Positions 63,405 through 64,000 of a stretch of DNA of 64,000 nt are shown here, piece after piece. The DNA comes from Pecten maximus. Its lineage: Eukaryota. Made by a program: the position numbers and the translations under genes. The notes below the pieces were generated by a model. The model worked only from the letters and a program-made list of their open reading frames with translations. It was not told where the DNA came from and did not search any database. The stretch spans positions 22,878,001 to 22,942,000 of the forward strand of contig NC_047021.1 of assembly GCF_902652985.1 (NCBI RefSeq), in the 5' to 3' direction. The stretch's first letter is position 1, and the number at the start of each line of letters is the position of its first letter.

Positions 63405-64000
63405 GTGTGTACCACATATACTGTAGGGTAGGACCCTGGAGTCAGGTGTGTACCACAGATACTGTAGGGTAGGACCCTGGAGTCAGGTGTGTATCACAGA
63501 TACTGTAGGGTAGGACCATGGAGTCAGGTGTGTACCACAGATACTGTAGGGTAGGACCCTGGAGTCGGGTGTGTACCACAGATACTGTAGGGTAGGACCC
63601 TGGAGTCGGGTGTGTACCACAGATACTGTAGGGTAGGACCCTGGAGTCAGGTGTGTACCACAGATACTGTAGGGTAGGACCCTGGAGTCAGGTGTGTACC
63701 ACAGATACTGTAGGGTAGGACCCTGGAGTCAGGTGTGTACCACAGATACTGTAGGGTAGGACCCTGGAGTCAGGTGTGTACCACAGATACTGTAGGGTAG
63801 GACCCTGGAGTCAGGTGTGTACCACAGATACTGTAGGGTAGGACCCTGGAGTCAGGTGTGTACCACAGATACTGTAGGGTAGGACCCTGGAGTCAGGTGT
63901 GTATCACAGATACTGTAGGGTAGGACCCTGGAGTCAGGTGTGTACCACAGATACTGTAGGGTAGGACCCTGGAGTCAGGTGTGTATCACAGATACTGTAG
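63384..64000. repeat. 41-bp minisatellite, at least 15 copies, starting inside exon 21 and running off the window
   Basis: unit agggtaggaccctggagtcaggtgtgtaccacagatactgt. Confidence 0.96.

Overview
Eukaryotic, AT-rich genomic DNA from an animal; a bivalve-type mollusc is my inference from repeat style and composition, not proven. The window appears to lie inside one large + strand gene, an ADAMTS9/ADAMTS20/GON-1-type secreted metalloprotease. I rebuilt 21 internal GT-AG exons by hand (10970..63404; 3183 nt, about 1061 codons). Their phases chain correctly with no stops. They encode the C-terminal part of the reprolysin catalytic domain (HELGHVFNLPHD, Met-turn), the disintegrin-like domain, TSR1, the Cys-rich domain, the spacer, TSR2-8 and the start of TSR9. 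A roughly 95-aa Thr-rich mucin-like linker lies between TSR6 and TSR7. Neither start nor stop codon is in the window. The introns, including one of 28.2 kb, hold about 28 unrelated minisatellite arrays, poly-G tracts and short inverted-repeat relics. The most unusual pattern is that up to eight exon junctions have seeded tandem arrays that copy the splice site itself into the intron, for example 16 acceptor-like sites at exon 10 and about 15 donor copies at exon 21. No tRNA, rRNA, CRISPR array or autonomous transposon ORF was recognised; most long ORFs in the track are repeat artefacts.
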